64,000 nucleotides of DNA from Candidatus Latescibacterota bacterium (GTDB lineage: Bacteria; Latescibacterota; UBA2968; UBA8231), in contig OZ242318.1 in NCBI GenBank assembly GCA_965208105.1, positions 2,240,001 to 2,304,000 of the forward strand, in the 5' to 3' direction. The position numbers and the translations under genes were made by a program. The notes under the pieces were generated by a model. That model saw only the letters and a program-made list of their open reading frames with translations, was not told the DNA's origin and did not search any database. The stretch's first letter is position 1. The number at the start of each line of letters is the position of its first letter. This document shows, in pieces, positions 47,898 through 57,946 of the stretch.

Positions 47898-47996
47898 CTG
47901 CCGCGGGAGAAGCGGGAATCGCTCGAGTTCGCCCCATTCACCCACGTCAAATACATCTCAAGCTGGAAGTCGTTACCCTGAACCGAGGAGCCCGAA

Positions 47997-49106
47997 ATGA
48001 GCGATAATGGCAGGGAAGTCGAGGACCGCGGATCGCGGATTCGCGTAGAAGGGCTGCGCGCCATTCCCGTGGGACCCAAGGGCTACGTCAAGATCGAGAC
48101 CAACATGGGAGTGGCGGGGTGGGGCGAGATCAACAATGTCGAAACGCAGGTGGCCTGCGCCCTCGCCGGCTCGCTGGGCAGGCTGCTGGAGGGCGAAAAT
48201 CCGACCCGCATCGAGCATCTCTGGCAGCTGCTGTTCAGGGCCCACCGAAACCTGCGCGGCGGCGGCTTGATGCTGCACGTGATCGCGGCCATCGATATGG
48301 CCCTGTGGGACATCGCCGGCAAGCTCTACGGGGTTCCGGTCTACCGTCTCCTCGGCGGCCCCTGCCGCGACAAGATCTGGATGTATCCGAGTCCGAAGGC
48401 GGTCAAGATCGGTCCCGGGGGCTCGCATCCCTTTGCCGGCACTCCTGCGCAGATCGAGCGTCTGGTCCGCGAGGTGCACCGGGCGCGCGAGAAGGTCGGC
48501 CCCGACGGCGCCGTGATGTTCGACGCCCACAGTTGCCTGCCCCCTCCCATCGTAGCCCAGTTCGCGTCACACCTGGAGGCCGACGACCTTCTCTTTCTGG
48601 AGGAAGCGTGGGTGCCCGGCAACATCGAGGTCATGCGCAAGGTGCGCGAGTCGGTGAGCGTACCTCTGGCCACCGGCGAGCGCGACCGCACGATCTGGGA
48701 GGTCCGCGAGATTCTCGAAGCCCAGGTGATCGACGTGCTGCAGCCGGATTGCGGCCACGGCGGCGGCATCAGCCAGATGAAGAAAGTAGCCGCCCTTGCC
48801 GAAGCCCATCACGTGCCGCTGGCTCCCCATTGCACCATGTCCTATCTGGGTCTCAGCGCCAGCCTGCACGTGGCGGCGTCGGTGCCGTTTTTCCTGATCC
48901 ACGAGGGCTACAGCGACCGGATGAGACCGGGGGTGGCGCACAAGACCTGGGAGATGGACGACGAGGGGTACGTTTCGCTGCCCCAGGGGCCGGGCCTGGG
49001 AGTGGAGGTGGACGAGGAGCGCGCCGTCGCCGTGGGCAAGGATCCGGCCCTGCAGTTCCGCTGGGAAGGCCACTTCCTGGAGGACGGCTCGGTGGCGGAC
49101 TATTGA
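47997..49106 (+). CDS. Mandelate racemase/MLE-family enzyme, galactonate dehydratase (DgoD)-like
   Basis: AIDMALWDIAGK..G.PVY.LLGG, FDAH, EE, TGER, QPD, APH, IHE, DGSVADY C-terminus. Confidence 0.88.
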   Translation: MSDNGREVEDRGSRIRVEGLRAIPVGPKGYVKIETNMGVAGWGEINNVETQVACALAGSLGRLLEGENPTRIEHLWQLLFRAHRNLRGGGLMLHVIAAIDMALWDIAGKLYGVPVYRLLGGPCRDKIWMYPSPKAVKIGPGGSHPFAGTPAQIERLVREVHRAREKVGPDGAVMFDAHSCLPPPIVAQFASHLEADDLLFLEEAWVPGNIEVMRKVRESVSVPLATGERDRTIWEVREILEAQVIDVLQPDCGHGGGISQMKKVAALAEAHHVPLAPHCTMSYLGLSASLHVAASVPFFLIHEGYSDRMRPGVAHKTWEMDDEGYVSLPQGPGLGVEVDEERAVAVGKDPALQFRWEGHFLEDGSVADY

Positions 49107-49315
49107 TTTTGCCCCGGCAGGTCGAACATGCCGGCCGCCGGGCAGGGGCGCCCTATATTGGTGATGCCGGTCTCCCCGTTGCTGCAGGTGAAGCGGGATG
49201 GGATTCCCCCCGCTGGCCCCCTTCCTCGCCTTTACCCCCTGGAATTTTTGGCATATTTTGTCCAAAATCGAGCACCGAAGACCTGGCCAGAACCTCAAAA
49301 AAAGAAGGTGACTCC

Positions 49316-50947
49316 ATGGACGAGCAACGGCAGCAGGCCCGCTGGCGGAGAAGGCGGATCATCTACAACAACGACGGCGACGATGCCCTGGAAGCCCGAT
49401 CCGGGATTGAGCACGAGCACGACGTAGCGGAATCCCTGGCCGTACGCGCCTCGGGGGACCTGGTCCAGGACTTCCTCGACGCCCGCAGCACTCCCCTGAT
49501 CGGATCCCAGGTGGACAGCAACTGGTACGCCAGCTGCATGGCGGGACTCACCTTCTCGCACCACACCAAGCTGGGAGGGTTCTACGGCAAGGAGATTCCC
49601 CTGGAGCTGGTCGAGAACTACGGCCGCGACGCCCTGCAGGTACAACTGGATTTCAGCCGCGAGCACGGCATGGAGGCGGTCTGGGCCCTGCGCATGAACG
49701 ACTGCCACGACGCCTATCCCCCCGGATCGCGCCGCTGGACCTATGGCCTCGCCCCCTTCAAGCGCGAGCACCCCGAGTTCATGATGGGCAAGGAAGGCGA
49801 CTGGGAGAAGAACAACCCGCCCTTTCCCTGGACGCGCCTGGACTTCGCCTTCCCCCAGGTTCGCGACCACATCTTCGCCATCATCGAGGAGGTCGCGCTG
49901 AACTACGACGTGGACTGCATCGGCATGGAGTTCTTCAAATATTACCCTTTGTTCCGCGAGTCATTGCAGGGAGACCCGGTGGAGCCTCAGCACCTGGACC
50001 TGATGAACGATCTCCTGCGCCGCATCCGCCGAATGGCCGACGAGGTCGCCAGGCAACGGGGCCGCCCCCTCCTTCTGGCAGCTCACACACCCTTCAGCGC
50101 CGCCGACTCGCTCCACGTCGGCGTCGACCTGGAGACCTGGCTGGCGGAGGGGCTGATCGACCAGCTCATGCCAGGGGGCAACGCCGAGTCGCCTTTCAGC
50201 AACTCCTACAGCGAAATCATCGCCCTTGGTCACAAGTACGAGGTCCCGGTTTACCCCTGCCTGTCCTGGGGCTTGCAGGACCGCTGGGCTTTTCTCGACC
50301 TCAGCGCCGGCAAATACCGGAACTTCCTCTCCTGGATCGAGACCCTCTACGGCGGCCAGCCGGACCGCCTCGGCAAACCCTCCTACATCCTGGTCTTCAA
50401 CGGCTGGGAAGGCACCTTCCCCGCTTGGCGCGGTGCGGCATTGAACATGTTCAATGCCGGAGCCGACGGCCTCTACCTCTTCAATCCCGCCCTCGGCGAG
50501 CCCCAATGGTGGCGGGAAATCGGCGAGACGAAGACCATGGCCGGGAAAGACAGGATCTACGGGATCACCTCATTCGAGGGCGAGAACAGCTTCAAGGGGG
50601 TCGACAAGCTGACCATTGAGCCTGGATCCAGCGCCGAGGCCACCTTTCAGGTGGGGGAAGATCCGAGAGCCGCCAGGACGGAGAACCTGGATTTCCGCAT
50701 CCACCTTTGGGACCAGGTTGCCGGCGACGACATCGAGGTCAGCCTCAATGGCGGGACCCTCGGCGCCCTGGAACCGGCGGACCCTGGAAGAAGTCCCCGC
50801 GAGGGGCAGTGGCTCCAAGGCAGGCTCGATCCCTCCCAGGTCAGACAGGGAGAGAACCATCTCCAGGTGGTCCTGAAAAAGCGCGGGGAGTCCGCTTCGA
50901 CCGCCCTCGTCCTCGACGCGGTGCAGTTGCGCTTTCGCTGCGGGTAG
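49316..50947 (+). CDS. Glycoside hydrolase-like (GHL10-type) TIM-barrel protein
   Basis: ATG 49316 after GAAGG; RRIIYNNDG, LRMNDCHD, HPEF, LDFAFPQVRD, YDVD; C-terminal beta-sandwich. Confidence 0.65.
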   Translation: MDEQRQQARWRRRRIIYNNDGDDALEARSGIEHEHDVAESLAVRASGDLVQDFLDARSTPLIGSQVDSNWYASCMAGLTFSHHTKLGGFYGKEIPLELVENYGRDALQVQLDFSREHGMEAVWALRMNDCHDAYPPGSRRWTYGLAPFKREHPEFMMGKEGDWEKNNPPFPWTRLDFAFPQVRDHIFAIIEEVALNYDVDCIGMEFFKYYPLFRESLQGDPVEPQHLDLMNDLLRRIRRMADEVARQRGRPLLLAAHTPFSAADSLHVGVDLETWLAEGLIDQLMPGGNAESPFSNSYSEIIALGHKYEVPVYPCLSWGLQDRWAFLDLSAGKYRNFLSWIETLYGGQPDRLGKPSYILVFNGWEGTFPAWRGAALNMFNAGADGLYLFNPALGEPQWWREIGETKTMAGKDRIYGITSFEGENSFKGVDKLTIEPGSSAEATFQVGEDPRAARTENLDFRIHLWDQVAGDDIEVSLNGGTLGALEPADPGRSPREGQWLQGRLDPSQVRQGENHLQVVLKKRGESASTALVLDAVQLRFRCG

Positions 50948-51116
50948 AGGTTGGGAAGCGGCCCGATCCAGGTTGCACCGCCGCAGGTGTCGGCTTAAGA
51001 TTTTTGTCACGCCCCGGTTGGCATTCGGGGCGAGGCCGTCACGGCGAACGGCCCCCAGGCGCACAACTCCGCAGTCCAGTACCTCCCACCCACTGATGCC
51101 AGAATTGGAGGATGCC

Positions 51117-51992
51117 ATGCAAGCGACCCAAGTAAAGATGGAGGGGCATGAAGAGATCCCTTTCATGAACATCGATGAAACCGATTTCGGCGCGCTGACC
51201 CTGGGGCAAAAGATCCGTCATCTGGAGGTGGAAGGATACGTCGTCCTTCCAGACGTGCTCGACCCCGAGTCCATCGAGCGCATCAATGAGCAGATGGCCG
51301 ATGCACCGATGCAGACCAAGGATTACAGCGATGCGCAGACCTACTTTCTGGAACCGCAGTGGCACAGCCAGGCGCTGGCCGAGGTGATCGCAAACCCTCC
51401 GATGATCGAGTTCCTCGAGGTCTTGATGGGGCCGGATATCGTCTTCACCCGCGGGTTCTTCACCCGCACCCTGGCCGGCTCGCCGCCCATCTCACTGCAC
51501 ACCGACGGCCAGCCCTTCGGCTCCTCCATCTTCGGATACGAGGGCAGCTCCCCGCGCCTGCTCCGGGTGCTCTACTACCTGGACGACCTGACCCCCGACC
51601 GCGCTCCCTTCCGCCTGTTGCCGCGCTCCCACCTCTCCTTTCACGCCGAGGCCAATCCCTACGTACGCTACAAGTGGCATCCAGGCGAGATCACCCTGTG
51701 TCCCCGGGCCGGAACAGCGGTGATCATGCCCATCAACCTGTTTCACGGCACCCATCCCAACAAATCCCAATCGCAGCGAACCCTCGTCCAGTTGGGATAC
51801 CGTCCGGCCTGGGCGGGACCGATCAAGCCGATGGAGGAGTGGAACCCCGAGCTGGTGGCCGCGGCGCCCCCGGCTGCGAGGCGTTTTCTGCAGAGCCCGA
51901 ATACAACGGGCCTCGAGTGGGAACAGGCGCACAAGCCCAAGGGAATGAGGACGGACGCCGCCGCCATCGACCCCTGGCGCTGGGACAATTGA
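51117..51992 (+). CDS. PhyH-family Fe(II)/2OG dioxygenase
   Basis: GGAGG RBS; EGYVVLPDVL, LHTD (HxD), PRSH, AGTA...LFHG. Confidence 0.88.
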   Translation: MQATQVKMEGHEEIPFMNIDETDFGALTLGQKIRHLEVEGYVVLPDVLDPESIERINEQMADAPMQTKDYSDAQTYFLEPQWHSQALAEVIANPPMIEFLEVLMGPDIVFTRGFFTRTLAGSPPISLHTDGQPFGSSIFGYEGSSPRLLRVLYYLDDLTPDRAPFRLLPRSHLSFHAEANPYVRYKWHPGEITLCPRAGTAVIMPINLFHGTHPNKSQSQRTLVQLGYRPAWAGPIKPMEEWNPELVAAAPPAARRFLQSPNTTGLEWEQAHKPKGMRTDAAAIDPWRWDN

Positions 51993-52228
51993 AAAGGGAG
52001 AATCGCCGCGCATGCCCCGCACCAGATCGGCTTAGACACCATCGTAGCCGCCTTCGTCCAATTGCGGCAAATCTTCGTCGACTTCCTCTCTCCTGTGCGC
52101 CGCACCAGGTGCAGGGCATCTTTCTCAAAACCGACCATGCACTCCTCGAATACATAGTGGCGGCGGCGAGACGGTGGAGACCCACTTTGCTGAAAATGCC
52201 GCTTTGTTCAGCGCGGTGATGAACCGGC

Positions 52229-52654
52229 TCAAAGCGCCATCTCCCACACATCCAGCGATGCCAACCGTATCTTGCCTCCATAGGCGAAGATTCCGATCCT
52301 GTCGCTCCGCGGGTCCGAGGGATAGACCCTGTGGGTCAGCGCTACTCCATTTTCCGCAAAAATCTCCAGAACTGAACGATCGAGGAACACATCGAGGACG
52401 ACCGTGTCGCCGCGAGCTGTGAACGATGTTTGGCTGTCGCCCGGCGCCGCCGGCCCTGCCCCCATACTCAAATTTTCAGATAAGGTGCGGTTCGCCACCA
52501 CCAGCATTTCCCGAGTCCGATCGATCGTGATCAGCGTGAACTCACGAAAATCGGGAGCGCAGAACACGACGAGTCCGCCCTGTTTGGCAGAGCACAACTC
52601 GAGTTTTGCGAGAATCTCGACACTGGTCCCGCATATGTTCTCGAAGATCTTCAC
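52229..52654 (-). pseudogene. Orphan GH32 C-terminal beta-sandwich fragment
   Basis: LDVFLDRSVLEIFA.NG..LT.RVYP...L..LDVWEM; the catalytic beta-propeller is absent. Confidence 0.7.
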
Positions 52655-52898
52655 AGCGCCGGTTCTTCAACGAGGTTCGACCCCAATTCCTCAAACTCGC
52701 CGCGGAGTTGAACAGCGACCTCGTTCGCATTGTGGACTTGTCCCGATATTTCGCCGACCATGGCGAAGATCTCTCTTCTACGATTATTGCCACTACACCG
52801 ACCGCGGAAACGAACTCCTTGGCCAGGCCTTCGCCCGCGAGCTCAGACACATGGCCGTTCCCGGCCTCAATCCCCCACGAAGGCTGGAACGACGATGA
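52650..52898 (+). pseudogene. Frameshifted C-terminal fragment of an SGNH/GDSL hydrolase
   Basis: ...VRIVDLSRYFADHGEDL in one frame continues as FYDYCHYTDRGNELLGQAFA (DxxH block V) after a 2-bp slip in CTCTCT at about 52771-52776. Confidence 0.6.
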
Positions 52899-52928
52899 CC
52901 GCAATTGGCCGGCGATGACCTTCCTGCA

Positions 52929-54902
52929 TTACCACCTGTGCAGGCGGTGGCCCCTTACTGGAAACCAGATCATGTCCACCCACATCGAAAGCACCACCCC
53001 GAGCACATAACCGATGGCCAGTCCATAAAATAAAGGCTTTCCTCTCAGGTAAGCCTGCACCCCGCCATAGTACAGCAGCGTCCCCTTGACGAGCCACACC
53101 AGCAGCAGACTGAACCAGTAGAGCCAGGCTCCAAAGGAGTACTGGAAGGCCAGCCCCAGGGGATGCAGCGGAAACCAGTGGAAGCGCGCCCGCAAAAACG
53201 TGATCCCGGCCGCCTCGAAAAACCCGAAGAGCCACACCCCCCACTTCTCCCAATCCGCAACGGTGCGGTTGTGCATCGCCAGGACCATCTGATCGAAGAC
53301 AGGGTTCGCGCCCGCGAAAAGTACCGCCCCCTCCTCATAGCCCCGCTCGATGGCCGCCCCCGCAGCCACAAAAAAGCCCACCGGAAAGGCCACGACCACC
53401 GCCGCGGTCGTCCACGCGGGCTGCTGCCGCAGGGAAAAAATGCGCAGATGATGGGCCATCGCCGGCCACGCCGGCATGCGGATCGTGCCGAAGAAGGCCT
53501 GGCTGGTAAAGAGCTTGAAGGCGATCAGGCTGCGAGGCGACAGGTGGATCGAACCGATCAGGTCGACGATGAAGGTCTCGCCCTTCATGTTCGTAAAGTG
53601 GGGAAAGAGGTAGGCGAACCCCGTGGCCGCCATGAGCTTGACCGTGACGAAATAGACCAGCGTCATCAGCAGGAACGCGCCCACCGCCAATGGCAGGCTC
53701 ATCCCCAGGCCCACCACCCAGTGGATCACGTAGGCTGCCGATAGCACCAGACCGACAAGGGCAAAGCGGTAGTGGGCGACCTGGCGGCGGTCCCCTTCCC
53801 CTTTGCGCACCTGCCACCACACCTGCCGCAAATGCCCTCGCGCCAGCCAGATCGACCACAGGGCCAGAAAGATCAGGGCCCCGTAGCTCTCCATGAAGAG
53901 GACTTCCCGCCCCTCGATCTGCTGGCCGGCCATGCCCGCGGAAAACCCCGTTCGCAGCACAGCCCAATCCTTGAGTACAGCCAGCCAGTAGAAGACGATC
54001 AGGCTGGCCAGGATATCCAGCGGACACAGGTAGGCCACGGCCAGCACAACAGGCATTAACCGCATTCCTATATCCCGGGAAAGGGATGCGGGCGATGTAA
54101 GAATATGACGCTGCCAGAAGACATCCAGCGGCGGCAGCCCCGGCGCGAAATAGGTCGCGATATTGTAGAGCGTTGGCAGGAAAACCACTCCCACCCCGAT
54201 CCAGAACAGCGGCGAATAGAAGATCAGAGGCATGCGCCGCGGTCCGTCAAAGCCCCGGGTCAGGTCCAGCGGCAACTGCGCCAGGGGAAAGGTGAGCTTC
54301 TCGACCGCCACCCACTGGCGCTGAAACAACACGAAGAGACAGAAGCCGAACACCACCAGGCCCAAAGAGACTCCCAGCCACTGGCCGATCACGCCCAGCC
54401 AATCCATCCACGGCACCGAGGCGCCTTCCTCCGCCCCGAACCAGAACCCGTCGATCACCCGGGGTGACGTGGGGGCAAAGACGTGCCAGGGCAGCAAATC
54501 GAAGAAGGTCTCGACCCACTGGTTTTCAGAAGAGGCAAAGTGAGACGGCGCGGCCACTACCGATGCCCAGTCGAGGATCCACCCTTCTCGCGGCATGGTG
54601 CCCACCACCCAGGTCATGGAGAAGATGGTCAGCAGTTCGCCCCGCCGCAGGGCCCTGTGGGGGAAGAGCCGTTTGAGGCCGACATTGACAAAGAGCCAAA
54701 GCACGAACGACGAGAACGCCACCATGGTAAACTGGGCTGTGACATTGATATCCATCCAGTAGAACATGGCGGCAATGGTCAGGGCTCCCAGCACGAGGGC
54801 GCGCAGAGTGATGAAAGGCGACCCTTCACCGGCCTTCCTTCCGGGCAGAGGCTGCCGGACCTCTGCTGCTTTGTTCTGTGACAGAAGAGGATTCTTGACC
54901 AT
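52929..54902 (-). CDS. Polytopic membrane protein, DUF6785/DUF6784-like (putative OPT-related transporter)
   Basis: More than 15 hydrophobic segments; RQW...EKL.FPL..LP, W.PLHPLG, L.YGG...Y....P.F.GL..G. Confidence 0.65.
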   Translation of the reverse strand: MVKNPLLSQNKAAEVRQPLPGRKAGEGSPFITLRALVLGALTIAAMFYWMDINVTAQFTMVAFSSFVLWLFVNVGLKRLFPHRALRRGELLTIFSMTWVVGTMPREGWILDWASVVAAPSHFASSENQWVETFFDLLPWHVFAPTSPRVIDGFWFGAEEGASVPWMDWLGVIGQWLGVSLGLVVFGFCLFVLFQRQWVAVEKLTFPLAQLPLDLTRGFDGPRRMPLIFYSPLFWIGVGVVFLPTLYNIATYFAPGLPPLDVFWQRHILTSPASLSRDIGMRLMPVVLAVAYLCPLDILASLIVFYWLAVLKDWAVLRTGFSAGMAGQQIEGREVLFMESYGALIFLALWSIWLARGHLRQVWWQVRKGEGDRRQVAHYRFALVGLVLSAAYVIHWVVGLGMSLPLAVGAFLLMTLVYFVTVKLMAATGFAYLFPHFTNMKGETFIVDLIGSIHLSPRSLIAFKLFTSQAFFGTIRMPAWPAMAHHLRIFSLRQQPAWTTAAVVVAFPVGFFVAAGAAIERGYEEGAVLFAGANPVFDQMVLAMHNRTVADWEKWGVWLFGFFEAAGITFLRARFHWFPLHPLGLAFQYSFGAWLYWFSLLLVWLVKGTLLYYGGVQAYLRGKPLFYGLAIGYVLGVVLSMWVDMIWFPVRGHRLHRW

Positions 54903-55030
54903 GGTATTGCCCGTCACTCGGGGGAATATTAGCAAGAATGAAAGACAGTTCCAAATTCCAATGGATAACCTGACCAGTTTGCACTGCGGGCTATTCTTTC
55001 ACCTTAATTCGAACATACAGGAGAGAAACG

Positions 55031-55401
55031 ATGCTCACCGGCGATCAGTTGAAAGAGAAGCTCCGCGGTCCCGTCGTGGCGATGACTACCCACTTCAAGG
55101 AAGACTATTCGGTGGATCTGGATGCCATGAAGCGCCTGACGGAGTTTTACGTTGAGCAAAAAATCGCGACGGTCATCGTCACCGGCAGCACGGGCGAGTT
55201 CTTCTCACTGACCGACGACGAACGCAGGCAGGTGCAGAAAACGGTCATCGATGCGGCGAGAGGAAGCGGGATGATCGTCATTGCAGGCACCGCCCATGCC
55301 GGGTCCCATATGACCATCGAGTTGACCAGGTACGCCGAAGACATCGGCGCGGACGGCGCCATGCTTCTGCCGCCCTACTACGGCACCAGCGGCGGCGGGC
55401 T
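55031..55401 (+). pseudogene. 3'-truncated DHDPS/NAL-family aldolase
   Basis: GSTGEF, IAGT, ADGAMLLPPYY; homology stops at about 55401, before the catalytic Tyr and Schiff-base Lys. The remainder is not found in the window. Confidence 0.8.
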
Positions 55402-55560
55402 GGTATTGTACCTATTGATTTTTCCAGTCAGGGTGAGGATTCCCCCTGATCCCATCGGTGCAAGAGAGGGGTGCTTCACGGAAGGAGTGAGTTCAGAAGA
55501 GTTCCACCCAAGGGTTCTGGAGGTGAACGAGCTAGGAGGCAACGATCCACCTGAGGAGGT
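55400..55560 (+). mobile_element. Probable orphan IS110-type left end (bridge-RNA-like) without recombinase
   Basis: Begins with CT then TATTGT (-10-like) exactly where the DHDPS homology breaks; several stems; ends at AGGAGG (55554-55559) with no start codon. Confidence 0.45.
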
Positions 55561-55812
55561 CCGGGCTTAGTTTTGATCTCGGCATCTCTCAATGCCAAGA
55601 GGGGAAAAGTAAGCCGCGCCCTCGCTTTGTCTGCTGTCCGGACCTTTGAGCGGCTGTCCTTCCTGCGTCGCCTCGACAAGCCCCTTGTCGTTTCCGAGTG
55701 GGACGAGCCGTGGCCGAACGAATAACGCCCCCAGACCTCCATCCCCATGCCTGCAGTATAGCCTCCTTCCAGGGCTGGACCAGATTCACCAGGCGCGCCG
55801 GCACTCGTTACC

Positions 55813-57930
55813 TCAAAGCCAGGCGTGCAACCCTTCCTGGCGCACCGTCCACGATCCATCTGCGGGAAAGCCCGGCGCGTGGCTCTTTGGACCTCCCCGC
55901 CAGCCGGCCGCCATCAGCGCCACCGCGGCCAGCAGGCCACAATTCCCGGGCAGGTAGACCGAATACTGCCATCCCGCATTGTGGCCGTTGGCCAGGTAGG
56001 TGTTCATAGGTGTATCCATCAATAGCATATCAACCGCCATCCGGGGCTCGCCCACCCGCGCCGCGGTCATGGCCGCCGTGAAGAAGTCCGTACCCCAGTT
56101 TTTCTCCCACTGCCACACATGGCGAACCTTCCGCAAAGTGCGGCGCATGATTTCGCGATCCACGCGCGGACCGGGTATCACGCCCATTGCATTGAGCATT
56201 ACCGCGTGGTCCCAGTTCCTTTCGGTGTAGGTCTGCGGGCAGTTTTCGTGAGCGAGGTAGACGCCGTCCTTCACTGGCAGGGGCGCCAGTTTCGTTCTGA
56301 CCTCTTCCCAGCTTGAATCCCGCTCCATGCCGAGGCGGTGGCGCCATTGCTGCGCCAATTCCAGGCCATAGACCCAGTACTCCAACTCATATGTGGGATT
56401 CCAGGTCTCCCTTGGCGGGTGATTTTCCTGCATGGGAATGACCGGCGGCCCCAGGTCGTAGTACCCGGTCCGTGGATTCAGAACCGCGTAAGAGGCCATG
56501 AAATCGGCCGTTGCAAAGACGATCTCCCGGTAGTTTTCCAGGGTATGGCGATGGGGATGCTCGCGGTAGAACAAATCGGCAAAAACGATGGGATGGGGCT
56601 GCTGCCAGATCAGTAGAGGAGCGATTGAGGAAGGACTGTCGCGTCCCTCCGGCCCGACCATCTTGGGCCAGCGCGCGCCGGCATAACCCTGGGACTGTGC
56701 CCGCTTTCGCGCTTTGGGCAGGATCTCTTGGTACCAGGGCATCCACCTTTCAAAGAGGTGGGTACGTCCCCACAGAGCAAAGTGGACCCCATGCCACCAG
56801 GCCATCTCCAGGTGAAACTTGCCATGCCAACTGTTGCAGGTCAGCCCTGTTTCCTGCGGCGGCAGCGAACCCGAGCACTGAATCGTTGCGAGGTATTGCG
56901 ACAGTACGAGGCGCCGCTCCAGTTCGGGCGCGCGCTCATCGCGACTGCCTGCCACTTCGACGGCGCCGCCCGTGGACCAGAAGCGGGCCCAGTGTTCGGC
57001 ACTTGCGCAGAAGGTCTGCTGCGGCGACGGCAGGGATTCCACCGCTTCCCTGGAGGAAAAAGCCACTTGGAACTCGAAGCAGCGGCCGGACTTGGCCGGA
57101 CGCAGAAGAAAATCGTGCGCCTCTTCCTGCTGAAAATCGGCTTTCCCGCTCCAGGCGAGGCGAACGAAATACTGGTCTTCGTCCAGGCGGCGCTGCAGGC
57201 GGGCCGTCTCGGAAGCGCGTCGGAAAAGGTGGGTTGCGTGGCGCTCTGGGCGGGCCCAGTCGGCAGTGATCATATCCTTGCGGGGCGAGCCATAAGGGAA
57301 GGCCAATACGATTTCCAATTGTCCGCGTTCGATCAGCGCCGAATCGATGCGCACCGCCAGCATATCGATCCGCGGATGAGAGCATGTCTCCACGACCACA
57401 CCTTCGCCGCCGGCGCGAAAGCGGCTTTCCAGGAGGCCCGTCCACAGGTCCAGCGTCTGCTTGATTTCATCGAGTCCCCCCGCTTCCAGCACGCCCCCAT
57501 CCCGTCCCCGCAGGCGCAGGCCAATCCGCCCCAGATGCAGCCTGTGGGGATTCTGCCGCAGCCAGTTGTGGAGTTCCTCCTGGCCTTGGGCGCGTGTGGG
57601 GTACCCCACCGGGCGGCCATGCGCGTCGTAGATCTCCATCTGGTAGTCCGAGGGGCTCTGTCCTTCCGGCAAGGGAAAGGTATGCCAGCCCCACTGGGAT
57701 TGGGTGCACAGTGGCACGCTATCATGGCTGGTTTGTCCAGGTCCCTTCAGATGGGACCGTGCGCCGGATATGACGCTGGGGTCATAGAGCTCGGGAAAAC
57801 TCTGCAGACCAGTAGCGTCGGCCGTAAAGGCGAACTCGCCATTGCCTACGGAGAGAGGCGAAACAGGATCGAAGTCTCGAAGCACGGGATTGTGCCGGCG
57901 AACCAGGGCCTGGCGGTCAATGCAATCCAT
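55813..57930 (-). CDS. Six-hairpin glycoside hydrolase (GH65/GH95-like)
   Basis: IDR.ALV.RHN, SPLSVGNGEFAFTAD.TGLQ, PPQETGLT.NSW.GKFHLEM, GARWPKM, LIWQQPH, YLPGN.GLL. Confidence 0.75.
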   Translation of the reverse strand: MDCIDRQALVRRHNPVLRDFDPVSPLSVGNGEFAFTADATGLQSFPELYDPSVISGARSHLKGPGQTSHDSVPLCTQSQWGWHTFPLPEGQSPSDYQMEIYDAHGRPVGYPTRAQGQEELHNWLRQNPHRLHLGRIGLRLRGRDGGVLEAGGLDEIKQTLDLWTGLLESRFRAGGEGVVVETCSHPRIDMLAVRIDSALIERGQLEIVLAFPYGSPRKDMITADWARPERHATHLFRRASETARLQRRLDEDQYFVRLAWSGKADFQQEEAHDFLLRPAKSGRCFEFQVAFSSREAVESLPSPQQTFCASAEHWARFWSTGGAVEVAGSRDERAPELERRLVLSQYLATIQCSGSLPPQETGLTCNSWHGKFHLEMAWWHGVHFALWGRTHLFERWMPWYQEILPKARKRAQSQGYAGARWPKMVGPEGRDSPSSIAPLLIWQQPHPIVFADLFYREHPHRHTLENYREIVFATADFMASYAVLNPRTGYYDLGPPVIPMQENHPPRETWNPTYELEYWVYGLELAQQWRHRLGMERDSSWEEVRTKLAPLPVKDGVYLAHENCPQTYTERNWDHAVMLNAMGVIPGPRVDREIMRRTLRKVRHVWQWEKNWGTDFFTAAMTAARVGEPRMAVDMLLMDTPMNTYLANGHNAGWQYSVYLPGNCGLLAAVALMAAGWRGGPKSHAPGFPADGSWTVRQEGLHAWL

Positions 57931-57946
57931 GGTCCTTTTCCTCGGG

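Noticed and set aside
48119-49315. 942-aa ORF suggesting a large fusion protein
   Set aside because: The first ~400 codons are an out-of-frame, Arg/Pro-rich read of the dehydratase gene and spacer; the real start is ATG 49316.
55553-55568. RNase P RNA-like GAGGAGGTCCGGGCT
   Set aside because: Differs from GAGGAAAGTCC, and the conserved 3' ACAGAA..CGGCTTA partner is missing.
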